64,000 nucleotides of DNA from Tubiluchus corallicola. Its lineage: Eukaryota; Animalia; Priapulida. Below, one piece after another: positions 25,801 through 40,800 of the stretch (the stretch's first letter is position 1; every line of letters starts with the position of its first letter). Under the pieces are notes generated by a model. It was not told the DNA's origin. It did no database searches and saw only the letters and a program-made list of their open reading frames with translations. The stretch is taken from positions 1 through 64,000 of the forward strand of contig JAQGDQ010000139.1 in assembly GCA_030141605.1 (NCBI GenBank), written 5' to 3'. A program made the position numbers and the translations under genes.

Positions 25801-28800
25801 GGAAACAAGACCTACTTACATACTTTTCATGGAAACAGCAGGTTTTTAAAAATAGTTTTTGGACTGGTCTGCAACCCTAAGGTTGGGAACCTATGACCTA
25901 GACGTTTGTAACACTGTATTTTATTATAGCCTGTGACTTACTGTTAGATATTAAACAATCCTGCTTTAGCTATATTAACTAGAGCATCTTTAATTAGAAC
26001 TTGTGGGCCAATAAAATTAACCCGAAATGACATTCGACAAGAAAGCTAATGACAGTGATAGTGCAGAGACAACATAAACACATTATAATAATGAGGCAGA
26101 ATTTAAAACAACAATGGTGAGCAAGAATATTTATGCCTTTTATCATTATTTGCTAGACAATGTAGTAGCAGTAACTGTTATTGCATCAACAAACAAAAGC
26201 ACAAATGTCATAAAAAATTAGCTAGAATTTCTAAATTTTAATCAAGTATGCTTCAGAAGGCTTAAAAGTTTGCTAGAATGTAGGAAAATGCAATTTCCCC
26301 AGACCAAGTTCTGAGGCTGGGGAAACTACCCCCCTTTCTGCTTGGGTCACATTTGGACCCCTCCCTTTCAAAGATCCTGCACCTGCCCCTATGGCAGCAA
26401 TCGCCACGCTGTACAGCAGTAGTACAATTAACTTTTATTTTCCATAGACAATTTGTTATATTCTATTTTCTATAGACAAATTTCTTTGTTATATTTTACC
26501 AAATTTTACCTATAACAGTAAAATAAACTCAACATTCTAAGTGACTTATCCTTTCCTTTAACTTAGGACTATCAATTGACTACGTGATACATAGAACAGC
26601 TATACAGAATTTCAATTTGAAAATGTCTGTTAAATTCTGTCATCAATATCAGTTGTCTAATAATAAAAAACTCTTACATGAGGAATCTGCAATTAATTCA
26701 ATTTACTCTCAGTTACTCTAGCATATCAAGCACTAGAAACAATATTACATAATAAATCTGCTGACTAGCATTAAATAATGCACACCTGTCTTTCTTGATG
26801 AGACTGTGGCGATGAATTTGTGAACCCTGCACTAGTATCGGCCAGAGGGGCAGCACTCGCAAGAGCTTGCTGCATGGCCATTTCAAAAGCTGCTGCTGAT
26901 ATGTTGGGAGCATTCTGATTATCTTCAACATCACTACTCGTGCTTTGAACAGTCTATAAAAAAACATATTGAATTGACTTCTTGAAAATGGAATTTATTG
27001 CAGACTGATTTCGAACAATACCGTTTGTTATCAAGGCACCTAACACAAAGAAATTTACCAGAATTTAGAAACAACTTCGAAGTACAATTCAATAGTTAAA
27101 AGCCAAATAATGTATGGTATAATATCATGAATATAAATAAATAATTTATTATTAACATCATTTATTTTCGAACACAAGTATGGTGAAGTTGCATAAGTGA
27201 TTCAATTAAAAGAAATTAGTAGACTAATAGCAAAAGTAAAATAAAATAAAAGTTTGTTGTCACTAGTTGCCCACAAGTTAAATCGCATCCTTTCAGAATC
27301 TTACGAGACAATACAAGAAGATTTCTAAATAGATCTCTCATGCTAGCATTATTTTCTATAACAATTTTATACAAGTTGAAACTCATTATTGAGTTTACGT
27401 CATATAATGTACGTTTGGGTACAAAGTTAATTGTGGAGTTTCTACTATTTTTACATGCTACATAGAATTTGATAAATCGTTTTGCAAAGTGCTTGCTTGG
27501 CTGAATGGTACCAGCAATATTGGGAAAAAAGTAAGTGTGAACTCTATATGGCAGTTTCCATAATTTACTATTTAACTTGCAGCTCTGGTAACCATAATAT
27601 CCTAAACGATATGTTTGAATTGGTTTGCATTTACATCAGAACATTGGCACATATATTATTGGCCTCATCCCGTTTACTAAGAACATCGGCATCATGACCT
27701 AAATGAGTAACTTAATCTGCCCAAGTTTAAGGTGTGTTGTCCAGCAATACAGTCGGATAAGGTTTATGGAATTCCTCTGGTTTGGAGAATCTAATGCATT
27801 TGCTTTTAATTTTGGTACCTTGACCATTAACCAAATTAATATCAAATTCTTTGGCAAAGGTCTTACACTTAGAACCAACAGAGTTAAATCTTCTGCATAG
27901 CTTATGAATCCAACATAGCCAACCCTGCACCCATAATTGGATTCTTTTAACTTAACTAACAGACCATCAATGTACAAACCGAATAACATCGGAGACAAAA
28001 CTGCACCTTGTTTAACCCCATTAGTGATAATGAAGTCACCCCGTCCCATAAAACATTCACTGTTTGATCAGTACTGAAATCAAAAATCAATAGTAAGATA
28101 ATGGGCGGTATATTTCTAGTGAGCATAATATTAAATAATTTGCAAAAATTTACACTGTATATGCATTGTAAACACAACTATTACTGGCCATGTAATAAGC
28201 AACAGTTTCTTTGAGCACTGATGTACAATATTGCAGTAGACACATTAGGCTTAAACCCGAACTGCAAATCTGAGGTATACAAGTGATCACAATATTTACA
28301 CAAAATAATACAGTCTAAAATTTTCCCCCAAAGAAGAGGAGAGTGTAATAGGCCTAGCCTATCATTAGTAATACTAGGTAAGTCACCTCGATTGTTTTTT
28401 GGAATTGGTAAAATGTTGGCAAACAGAAAATGGTCAGGACAGTCACGATTGCATTCAAATTCATCAGGAATTTTTTGACAAATCTCATCCGGCGAAGTTT
28501 AATATTATTACAGCATTTGCTATACTTTTCGCTTTTCCTTTAATTCAGTCGAGCTCTTTAAACAAATTTCTACATATTATTGTTACAGTTGAGCCTTACA
28601 TTTTTGACTGCGTAGTGACAGGAAGCCTGAGTACATCATATTATGCCTGCTATAACGCCATTTCTGGGACGGACAGGAGACCCAAAAGTCAGGCCAAAAG
28701 ATTACTTTATATTAGCTGGCATGACATAGTCGTTCCAAACATTCCATTACAATGCTGGTTTAACAAATCATTGTGACTTGTACAGGTCAAACTTTGCCAA

Positions 28801-31800
28801 TAATTGCTTCAGCTGGAACACGTATTTCTCCCAGCAAATTAGCTTAAAGTATTTTTGTAATTAGACAAAGGAGACTCCTTGGTACCAAGCAGGTTTAACT
28901 TTAAAACTAGTACCACATTTTTGTAGACAATAAAAATATATTTAAATTTCTATTGTATGGAAACAAGTTTATGATCCGAGAGGTTTTCACCATCATGGCC
29001 AATATAACAAGCTTTAATAGAATTAATTAAACCAGCATTGACTATGCAGTGTTCAATGTGGGAAGTGGCATTATTAATTGTATTGGAGTAAGTATAATCA
29101 TCAGCTGGGATAAAGTGATCGGACACACAAACGGTTTAATTTTACGCAAAAAATCTTTGACAGCCGATACATAGGCGGTGTCTCGTCAAAAATTGCGATT
29201 CCAAATTAACTTGCAGACTACATACCTTGATTAGTATTTTTTTAAAGTTATAAGTTTATTTATTTCCACTCTGCATCTAACAATTATAATAAAAATACAG
29301 ATAATTTCACTGAAGTAAACATAAATATAAATGCAGTATTATCCAGAAATTACAAAATGCAGCATATACATGTGCAAATTACATTACAGAATAATTTTGA
29401 TGCATACAATTTGAGCCTAAAAGCATAGCTTGACAGGCCAATGTATGAAACTATTTAACACTCTGCAAAAAACATTATGTCAGTAGTAACAGAACTGTCA
29501 GTTTTAGGCAGCTGCCATTTTGTCAGTGAATTCCATAAATTATAATGAATTAATAGTGCTGTACAAGTTCAAGTGCATTTGAGCAGTAGAGAGTGCACAG
29601 ACTCATAATTATATTTAGCTTACGCGCGGTGCATTTTATGCGTAAGACTTCCAGTATTGCTAAATCACCATAAGTACGTCCTTGTAGGTAGGAGTGACAG
29701 GGGGTAATCGTATCCAGGCGCAAGAGTAAAAGGGTGCAAAACTCTTCTAGAATTCAATGACTGTTAATTACTAATTATTGATCCGACATTGACAATTAAC
29801 AAAAGTTTTCAAACTACAACAAAACTACAACAAGAAAGAGATCACCGCAGTTGACTTAATTACTATACACAGTCTTAAGAAAAGCTGATGTTGTTACTAA
29901 AAGCATGCATAGGATGGCATGTAGCTTAGCAGATTGATAATTTTGAGAAAAACAGTGGTGGTTATTTTCTCTTTGAGAGAAACAGTGGGACACAGGGATG
30001 CAAAAAACATGCACAGTTTGTGGCTTTACCCACAAAACAAATGAGAGAAACATTAAAGGGTGCCATAAGCACTTGCTACATCATTGATACACATGACAAT
30101 TATAAAACAGATTATCTGAACCCTTCAGCTTAAAATACCCGAGAAATCAAGAAAAACTGAAAATCCAACAGCTGATGACAATTTGTAGTGAAATGCAATA
30201 ATTACCTGTGGCACCGTTGAACCAGAAACTGCAGCCAGTGCTGATGCTAACTGTGAAGTTGTGATCTGTGAAAAATGAACCGCATCCTTAAAAAATGAAA
30301 CTTTTATGCTACAAACTACCACTGCTACTATATAGCTAACCTTTACTAGTCACTTAGCAGTTGGTCAGCAAGTCGAATTAATACTGTTGCGAGCACATCT
30401 AATTATCTGAACAGGAGTTGGTTGGACTTACTAAGCTTCCCCCGCCCTTTAGTGTTGTGTATCTGTACACAGGCAGGTGTGCACACCAAGCAAAAAGCAG
30501 TACACACGTGATTTAGGATGTCTCTGTCTGTGCGTCTCTGCACAATACATTAACCACGAATCTTGCTATTTTAATGCCTAAAGTAGATCATGTGGCTGTG
30601 CCACATGCATAAGTACGGCGCATTTTAGACCCGAATTGGTAAACTTTCTTCTTGCTTTTTATTCTTACTTTTCAGAACTCGGGACACAGTTGGTTTGTGT
30701 CGCCAACTACTCCCCTTGATGATGGAAATCTGTGAATCAAACGTCAGCTTTATAACTAATTTTTGGTCCTAATTAAGAAGAAGATTTTGATTGATCCTTT
30801 TCTAAAGAATGCAGGGGATTTACATTGAAAACACCTTTCTTCATGAACCTCAACCTCTTGGCAGCATCTGGGTGGAAGACCAGCCATTTGGGTGCCACAC
30901 ACTGGGGGCGTTGGCTCACTCGAGCATGAGCTATTTAGGTACTAGCACCTATACAAACTACGTGACTTAATCATGCAAGAATGTGTTGCTTCTGTATTGT
31001 GCAGCTTGCGATACAAGATACAACTGCAGCTTGTGAATATATTCATATAGTATTGTGGTTGTAATAAGGCCAGCTGATTAGCCGCATTGACACTTATAGT
31101 TTTTGTGATGCACTAGATATTGTTGAAATAAAATGCTAAACTAAATTTAGAGTATTTACTGCTCCACTAATTTTGTAAACAAACACATTAATACTAAAGG
31201 TGGAAAACCAGAAAGTTCAGGGTCAACTGACTGGCTTTATGTAGCCCTGCATATGTTACATTTAGTGGCATGGTTTAAAATAATATTGTGAGAGTTAGGA
31301 AAATAGGGAATAATTGAAAATTTAATAAACAAAAATAAAAAAGCTGACACAATATTAAATTTGATTGATGCCCAAATGTCTCAAGCTCAATTGTACGCAT
31401 GCCCAAATTTCCCATGCCCAAATGTTGCGTGCCCAAATGGCCATGCTCACATGTCACATACCCTCTGGGTGAAAGGCTGGCAACAACATTTATTTGATTT
31501 GACATTTAATATTATCACTGCACCCAACTTGTTGTCACCAAATCAGTTTCAGTCATCACATTCAATGAAAAATTGATAAAATACCCAATGAAAACTTTAG
31601 AAAAAAATGATGTGCAGTGATTTGCAATTTATTTCGAAAAATACTAACACTAACACTAACACTGACTAATCCATTTATCGAAGAGTTTCAATACTGTATT
31701 CAGTTCAGAAGTCTTAGAATGAGTTCAATGGAATATAATTTGGTACAATAAAAACTTCTATGAAATATATGAAATTAATTTCCATAATAAAAAAAATTAA

Positions 31801-34800
31801 TTACACTGCTAAAGTATACGTACCCCTAAATCGGCTAATTTCAAAAAAGTTTGAGGTCTTACCTGACTGTCTTGTGTTAAGCTTCCATCATCTTCATCAT
31901 CAGACATCCTGTCCAGAGAATATGAAGCTACAAACAGTATAAGAATCAAAATAAAATATCAATTGACTGGCATGGCTGCAGTCACATGCATACTATGTAT
32001 AGTAAATTGTCATTTAACAAAGGTAATATCCACCAGCAAAACACTAAATTAAGTGAAGCATTGTTAAACAAAACCATGCTTTCCTTAAAAATAATGTAAA
32101 GGAACAAAAAGGCATTTCAGGGCCTAAAATTGGTAAAGCAAAAATCAGTAACAATATTGTTGTCAATATTCCCTTTCATATGTCGTACTTCTCTTCCTCC
32201 CATAAATCACTTTTTTATTTATTGGGCCTGATCTATACAAGTTTTCGTCTTGGAAAGATCCAATAATTTATTAATGAACTTTATCATTTACATGCTTGTT
32301 TTTCTTTTTTATTCTGTAATTATTTTCACCATGTGTATGTATTATTTTGTTACGGCAAATAGATAAACTAAACAAAACTAAAACAAATATTAAATCACCT
32401 TGGACTTGTAGCAAAAGTTTTTTTACTGACAGCCTCCTTCATTCACTTGTAAATTAAAATACAAACTCTAGTCTTTAGCAGAAATAAAATGCAAAATAAT
32501 AATATCACTGCACAATAACAATAGGGTGTTTATCTATAAGGAAAGCAGTTCATCTATTGTTTCCAAGCAATTCTATTGTTTCCAAGCACTTATTCTAGCA
32601 GCATCTACTGGTGTTTATATTTTGGGCTTTAATTCTTGCTATGCTTCTGTGTTGTCTGTAAGTTGACGTTATTAATTAAGATTAAATGAGTAAATTTATC
32701 GGATAAAAATAATAATTTTTTTTCATATGCAAATACATGTATGTATAAAGTGAATGGGAGCTGGCAAGTATAACACGAATAGAGGTATGTGTATGTCCAA
32801 AGTTGAATTACTCCTAGCCTTAGAAATAAATGGAATTTGAAATATTTAGCATCAGTGTTGACAGCAGTAGACACCTAGTTTACAGAAGGTGGTGCAGAAG
32901 ACATAAGACTACGACTTGTCTTATGTGCCGCCCTTCTTAAGTGACTTGTTACAGTCTTTTTAATTCTATGTTTACTCAAGCCAACCTGAACAGCAACATC
33001 AGTAATTTTCTGAATCTCATACTCTAGTAAACTCTTATAGATGATAAAAACTATTGCCCTACTTATTAATCTGCATACAGCAGAATATTTGACCTTGGGT
33101 GACACGAAACTGTGTTAGATTATCTAGGTGCTACATATGATGTTTTGCTATATTATGATGTTATGTTCAACTCGAACATAAAAAAGCAAAATATTGTCTT
33201 CTTCACATGTAAATTTTAGTAAAAATAAAAAAATGTTAAAATACTACAAACAATAATTGAGTCAAACAATAAATATATCACAATCTCTTTTTGACAGAAT
33301 CCATACAACTGCTGACAATGATAATAAAAATGAAACAGTGAAATAACATAAGAGAAGTTACAGTGAAAGTTATAGTCGTATTAATGTTGACAAAAGAGGA
33401 AGAGCAATAAAATATTACAGTGAGTTTAAACTGCTTCACCACTACTTGGACATTTGAATGTTAAAGCAAAAGACAAGTCTCTCACTCCTGGGAAGTTGAG
33501 CTTATTTTAACATTTGAATAAAAATGTTAGAAAGTTTCAGGTAAAATTGTAATAAGCGCTTCATGTAATTAGTAAATCAATTTAAAACACAATCACTTCA
33601 AGCTTGGACATGCTCATTTTGAAAAAAATGGCATCATTCAGTTACCGCGCATATAAACGCTTATCCCGCCAGGTGCTCAAACAAACTTTTTTGCTAGTGC
33701 AGTTACAATTATCAACTACAAACAAACAAAATTGTTGAACTGGAGATTATTAATATTATTTTTTTCCTTTTTTAAGAATCTCGTTGCCTAATCACTATAC
33801 TGTTAAGAATCACTATGTAATCAAAAACACTTACTGATGGTAGTGTAATAACCAGAAATTAACCCCGACAAAGTTACAGAAAAATTATTTTAACAAGCTA
33901 AAACTGAAATCTATAAACTAGGTAACCTGCCCAGCTACTATATGTAAGCTCGTAAGCTTGCATGCGTATCTGAAAGTCAACAAAACTCTCTAAATTAATT
34001 AGGCAAACAATTCATAAAACTACTTACACATTTTGTGGTACAATCCTGTGGACTGAAGCTATGAAGCCACTTTAAATTTGTTCATATTTGACCCGATAGT
34101 TAATTTTTACAAAAACACAGTCTACTACAACACTAGAATAACGGAACTTCTGAGTGAAATTTCGCAACACATACCTTCACTACAGCTTGCCTTAATGGCA
34201 TTCAAGCTGCTCACTGGGCACCAGCTTATTTTTTCATTTTTTTCAAATATGCCAGCAGTGAAATTCATTTGAGGGAGATAAGAAATATTTAAATTTCCTT
34301 TGCATTTTTAAGCAAGGCGTTTCATGCGCATATATTCTGTGAAAATTTCAACATTTTTAATTGAATATTAAAGTGCAGGAAATGTTGTTGGCGGGTTGGT
34401 TTTTCCTTGAAGGTATTAAGTATTCAATGACAAAATATTCATTTGTAATAACCAATGCATTACTAAAAATGGCAAAAATGTTTTCCAGTGTAGACCACAT
34501 ACCCCGGGTAAAAGAAGTTTCACTATCCAGTCTAGCTTTACTCATGTATTCCTGTATTACACTAGTAATTGCTGAAGCAGCCATGCCCAGCTCCGGATGA
34601 ATATCCACCATTTTGCGCAAGTTCTCTGGTTCTGCAAACATCTCCACAAGCACCGAGTCATACATAATACCTACAGTACATACAATCTCAAGCAATAATT
34701 TAAAGTAATGTAGCTGCTTAAAAAGACAGGTGGCTTTTACAACAATTTACAAATAAGGTAGATAGTAAGATGAAATTTATAACCCGAGGATTATATTCAG

Positions 34801-37800
34801 TGCTTCCAAGCTGACCAAGAGGTACCATGCAAATGGCATAGCAAGCTGACCAAGAGGTACCATGCAAATGGCATAGCAAGCTGACCAAGAGGTGCCCTGC
34901 AAATGGCATAGCAAGCTGACCAAGAGGTACCACGCAAATGGCATAGCAAGCTGACCAAGAGGTACCGTGCAAATGGTATAGCAAGCTGACCAAGAGGTAC
35001 TGTGCAAATGGCATAGCAAGCTGACACCGAGGTAAAGTGCAAATGGCATAGCAAGCTGACCAAGAGGTACCACGCAAATGGCATAGCAAGCTGACCAAGA
35101 GGTACCGTGCAAATGGTATAGCAAGCTGACCAAGAGGTACTGTGCAAATGGCATAGCAAGCTGACACCGAGGTAAAGTGCAAATGGCATAGCAAGCTGAC
35201 CAAGAGGTACCGTGCAAATGGCATAGCAAGCTGACCAAGAGGTACCGTGCAAATGGCATAGCAAGTTGAACAAGCGGTACCGTGCAAATGGCATAGCAAG
35301 CTGACCAAGAGGTACCATGCAAATGGCATAGCAAGCTGACCAAGAAGTACCATGCAAATGGCATAGCAAGCTGACCAAGAGGTACAATGCAAATGGCATA
35401 GCAAGCTGACCAAGAGGTACCATGCAAATGGCAAAGCAAGCTGACCTAGAGGTACCATGCAAATGGCATAGCAAACAGCTAAATTATTTAGCTGCTTAAC
35501 GCAAAATACCATTTAACCAGCTGATGAATCGTGAAGATACTTCTACAGCCATGTTCATATAATAAATCATAATGTAGAATGAGATTTTTTACCTACAGTC
35601 ATTATCAAATCATTAAACACATTTTTATGTATCAACTGTATTAAATTTATCAATAGATCACTTTGTTTAATGTAGTTTATAAGCTGTGAAGTACAAAGCT
35701 GCAGCAGATAACAATTGGCTTGTTCAGTATCTGTCACACCGGGCTTTATAAAAATTCAATGAAAATGCGACCAGCAATAGAATAGTCAGCACATCATTGT
35801 AATTAACAACTATTTACCCATTAACCTGACATTTACCTCTATTCTGAATATCTCTTTTCAAGCATAGATTTTTATCTGCGTTGGCTACGCTTATTTGCAA
35901 CATTCAATTGCAGTTTAATGGTTAAACAGGCTCTTTACGTTGGATAGGTGACTCTGACTGAGTTCATACTGACTAGTTTGAGGATTAAGATTTGTTTTGG
36001 CTATCTGAGTTGATAGCTAAAACAGCTAAAGTGACCTGAAACCACAAGGTCTGGGTGCGAATCTTACTTCACTGCAATTTTTCAGACCCCCTTCTTTTCC
36101 TAAATTTGATTGTTGACTCGATGCTGCAGCACTGTTTAAACCACTGTAGTAATACATTTCAAAGATGACTGCATTGGTGCATGGACAAATGAGTGACTGA
36201 CTGCACAATTAAACTTTTTAGTCAAAAATAAGATAGATAAACAGTTACCCATGGCAATAGGATTGTTTGCAAGACCAGGTGTAGCTCCTACAATATTATC
36301 TAGTACCTTTTTATCATTCAGTATGTATTGAACCTGAAAATTTATTTAGAAAAATATTATTATATTATGCCAAGAGTTTTAATGTAATCACTAAACGTTT
36401 TATTTAAAAAATACATAACAGAAACAAAGATGTGGTGATCTCTTTTTTCTAATGTGTAGACTCAAAAATGTGCTCAATTCTGCTTGACCGACTAAATGTA
36501 CATAACAAAGCCAAGTTTTACAGGCAAACCTAAATCTAAAATAACCTTAGATTAAACGGCAAGCAGAGAGAATTCTCTCAAACACCAAGTATTCCTATAG
36601 ATGAGACATTAAAATTCCAAACACAAAATATTATAGTCATGCAACTTTTGTACGAGTAAATTCTATAAGATTTGACAAATGCATGCACATTGTAGTCTTA
36701 TTCAGCTATAGTAATGGTACAGAATAGATAATACAGGAATGCCATTATAACTAGTGCTCATAATTGCAGTAGCCAGGTGCCAGGCTAAATGTTAACATCT
36801 AATCATGCTCAAAAAGCTGTTTTATATGTGCACTTATGCACTTATATGTTAACTATGTTGCTTGGTGCACTGGGAATATCTAATACTCAGCTAATTAAAC
36901 ACTGAAGGTACATCAAGGTAGTAAACATTTTGTAACTAATAGTCGCTTCATGCTAACCAAATATTATTTGGTAATACCCTCTGGTACGTAATACTGTCTA
37001 ATCCAATGATTGGCTTACACATAATAAAAATGTTTCCCTTTCTGCTCACAATGGCTTGGACGTATTTATCTTTGCAGTTTCACTTTGTGGCTTTATGGCT
37101 TTGTGAGCCCACGATGATGAAAATGATGACGAAAATATGATAAATCTAAAATTTACTATAACCTACCTTTGTGCGGCAAGTATCCTACTGACACTACAGT
37201 TAATGCTACATTGGGACATTTACTATATATTTTGATTTAAGCAACTTGCCTGTCTTCTAGACACAGGATTTAACATCAAAGACTGTAGACGAGAAACTAT
37301 TTCTTTAAGTTCCATATCATTCATTGACTCTAGAAAAATAATTCCATATAAAGCATAAGCAAATATAATAGTAAACACCAATGATTTGCTACAGTTATTG
37401 GAAAATAACTGTAAAATAAATGATTGAAATAGCAAATATTACCTGAACAATGACATTAAGTGCATTAATTACTGTCAAAAAATGATACTAGTTAATGGTA
37501 AGTTTGTCAGTGAATACTGTTAACACACAGTTTACTGGTAAGTTTGGTAATAAATACTGTTAACACAGTTTACTGGTAAGTTTGCTAATAAATACAGTAA
37601 ATACACAATTTACTGGTAAGTTTGCTAATGAATACTGTTACCACACAGTTTACTGGTAAGTTTGCTAATGCATACTGTTAACACAGCATTTAGTGGTAAG
37701 TTTGCTAATAAATACAGTAAATGCACAATTTACTGGTAAGTTTGCTAATGAATACTGTTAACACACAGTTTACTAATGAATACTGTTCATACACAGTTTA

Positions 37801-40800
37801 CTGGTAAGTTTGCTAATGAACACTGTTAAAAAACATTCTACCTAGTAAATTCTCACTTAAGATCTCTCTGGTTAAAGGAAAAGCTTAGTCTCCTGGGAAG
37901 TTGAGCTTATTTAACATGTAAAAAGATGTTAGATAGTTTCAGCAATAAAACTGTGATAAGTACCTTATGTAAAAGAATTAGTAAAATCAACTTAAAGTCT
38001 ACTTCACGCTTGGACGCGCTCATTCTGAACGAAAAATGGCGTCATCCAGTTATGCTGCAATATAAACAAATATCCTGCCAGGTTCTTAAACACACGAAAT
38101 TTATTTGTCATTATTTGCTATCAAACAGCACCCAAGATTTAAGCTGAAACACAGTGTAAGAAATACAGCAGGCCACCATACTGGCCATATCTAATATCTT
38201 GGGGCACATTACGTGGGCTAATTTCCAAAAAAAAAACTGGTTTCACATCTGAGTAAGCCAGGTGTTGTCAACTAGCAGATAAAACCGGAAAGAACAAGCA
38301 TCAAAGTTGCAGTTCTTCAGAATTACCTTAGACTTCCAAAACATTATGTAATGGCAAGAAAGTCACATGTGTCACAAACAAAGATTTGACAGATGGCTTT
38401 TAGGAAAAAATGCCAAACTGCGCAGTTGCGAATAACAAAATACAAAAAATTATACGACAACTACAAGAAATTATCGACCAGCCTTGAGCTAGCCACTTGT
38501 ATCACGTGTTTCTCAGAATAAAAGAACAAGCAAAGCTCTAAAAATAATTAAAATGGATAAACATCTGTTGCATATTACTAATAATGCTGTGTTTCCATTT
38601 TTAATGATTGTCATAGCAACGACTAACAGATGAAACCTAAAATACCATTCATCTGCACAAAGCTTATGAATTGTCAAGACAACCACTCAGCCTAGTAACT
38701 TAACAACATCTAGTAACTAAAGCTTAAATAAAAAATATGAGTGCAGCATTTGGTTCCTGGATTTCATATCACTGGTGAAGGCTCATGAAACGTCAAAATG
38801 AACATGGTACGTTATTTCTCCTTGAAGTAATGCAGTAGTTTTGTTTAATTCCAAAATGCTATAACACAGTATATGATATACTGTGATGTTGGCAATGGTG
38901 TTGATATTGCTGTTAGCTTCATATTATTGTAAAATGTCAAAGAAACAAAAAGAAGAGACGACTTTTTAAAAATACAAGCATGCCAGAATCAAGTGTGCTT
39001 CATGTTAGTTTTACGGAACAGGTGCTGAGATGTTAATCATACCTGTTCGTCAGCCAAGTGAATTGACGAGGCTATTCCATACCAGCTACTTACAGTTGCT
39101 ATGCAATGCTGATATGCAATGGCTTCGTAATGGATTGTACCATCACAATGAGGGGGGGAGTGAAAATAAATGGTGTTTCGCTGTCATAGCACTACCTCCC
39201 CACAAAAAATTGTTCGTCCTCTAGCCAGCTCGAAATGCCAATGGTTACAGTTCTCATAAAAAATGTCAAAATTGAATTTTTGCATAACGATTAGTGAAAA
39301 GATTCCAAAAGGCCTATCACATGTCAAAAAGTTTAACCAGTGCTTAATGCTTACTGGTGAAAGTGGCCTCATTCAAGAGAGTGCATGATGTTTACTTGTT
39401 TGGGAAGAACTAAAAAAAATGCATAAAGCTTATTACAAGAATGCAAACAGTAAAACAGCATTCTAGCAAGGTAAATGAAGGTTCAAAACAATTTTACAAC
39501 AAAATCATAAAAAAAAAAAAAAATTAGCTGGCTTTAAGGCCCAGAGCTCTGGCAACGTATGGGCTGGATTCAATGAGCAGAAAAGTTAGCCGGCCCACTT
39601 ATATAGAATCCCAAATTAAAATCCTTGTTCTTCTGACGACATTGTAAAAGTGTCCAAACAGATGACTGCGCCAGTTTTTTCACAGGGGAGTAGTAACTGT
39701 CCTAAATGCTCTTCTGGTTGCATTGACGAGTCAAGCTGATCCGACGACGTAGTCGCATTCGCCATTTCCAACGACTGCAAATGTGGAAATTCCAAAATGT
39801 TCCTTCAATGACAATTCGCATCGAGTTATGTAAATCGTGGCTCGTGCAGTTCTGCTTCGTTTCTACAACTGCTAATACTCCTTGACGAGATTATGTCAAT
39901 TTGACGACATAAACAAAATTCTACACACTCTTATGCAAATCACATGCTAAAACTACAGTCCAAGTGTTACAAAAGCACTGTAAAAAGCCCCTGACTATTT
40001 CATACATGGAGAAATTTACAATCGTTATTTCACAACAGAAAAATCTGCAGTCCACACTGTCATAATTTATAGAAAGCATACCTGATGCTAATTCGAAAGA
40101 AATCCATGTGAGAAATTCAAGATAAACTCCCATATGCTAACTTCCATGTTGCAGACTATAGCTCCATGCATACAGAAAGAATCCAGTGTGTTTCTCCCAG
40201 ACTTTGTGAGACTCGACGATTCATCCTCTGAAACTGGCTGGTCATTGCACTGTTGTCACTGATGAGGTCGAAGGTTCGAGACCACTGGGGATGATTTTGG
40301 ACTACTAGCCTTCTGTACTGGTAACCAGTGTAATGCTGGCGATAGTGTTTATATTACTGTTCACTTCATGTTACAATAAAACGTCGAGAAACGAAAAGAA
40401 GCGATTTTTTTACAAAATAAACTTCCCAGAATCCAGTGTGGTTCATGTTAGTTCTATGGACCAGGTGTTGAGATGTTAATCACACGTAGGTGAACCGATG
40501 AGGTCATTCCATGCCAGTTATTTACAGCTGCTATGCAATGGCTTCGTAATGGAGTGGAGTGGGGGTGAAAATAAACGGTGTTTTGCCATTGTAATAATAC
40601 GCACATTGTTACATATATTACAATATAGACTATTACTTCAACAAACAAAAAAAAATTAATAAACATGGAAAATGAAATACCAGGGTAATGAGGTAATGGT
40701 AAGGGTAGGGAAAGACAATGAAAAACGAATGTAATGATGATGAAAATGAAGATTAGATTCACATGACAATGTGAAAGAAAAGCAGATCAATCAGCTGAGT

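Noticed and set aside
34718-35512. Three overlapping 220-264 aa Cys-rich ORFs, or a CRISPR-like array
   Set aside because: Artefact of a stop-free 35-bp tandem repeat in an intron; units are contiguous with no unique spacers, no cas genes, eukaryotic context.
40236-40292. B-box-like ggttcgagacc suggesting a tRNA gene
   Set aside because: No convincing A-box or cloverleaf; at most a decayed SINE.
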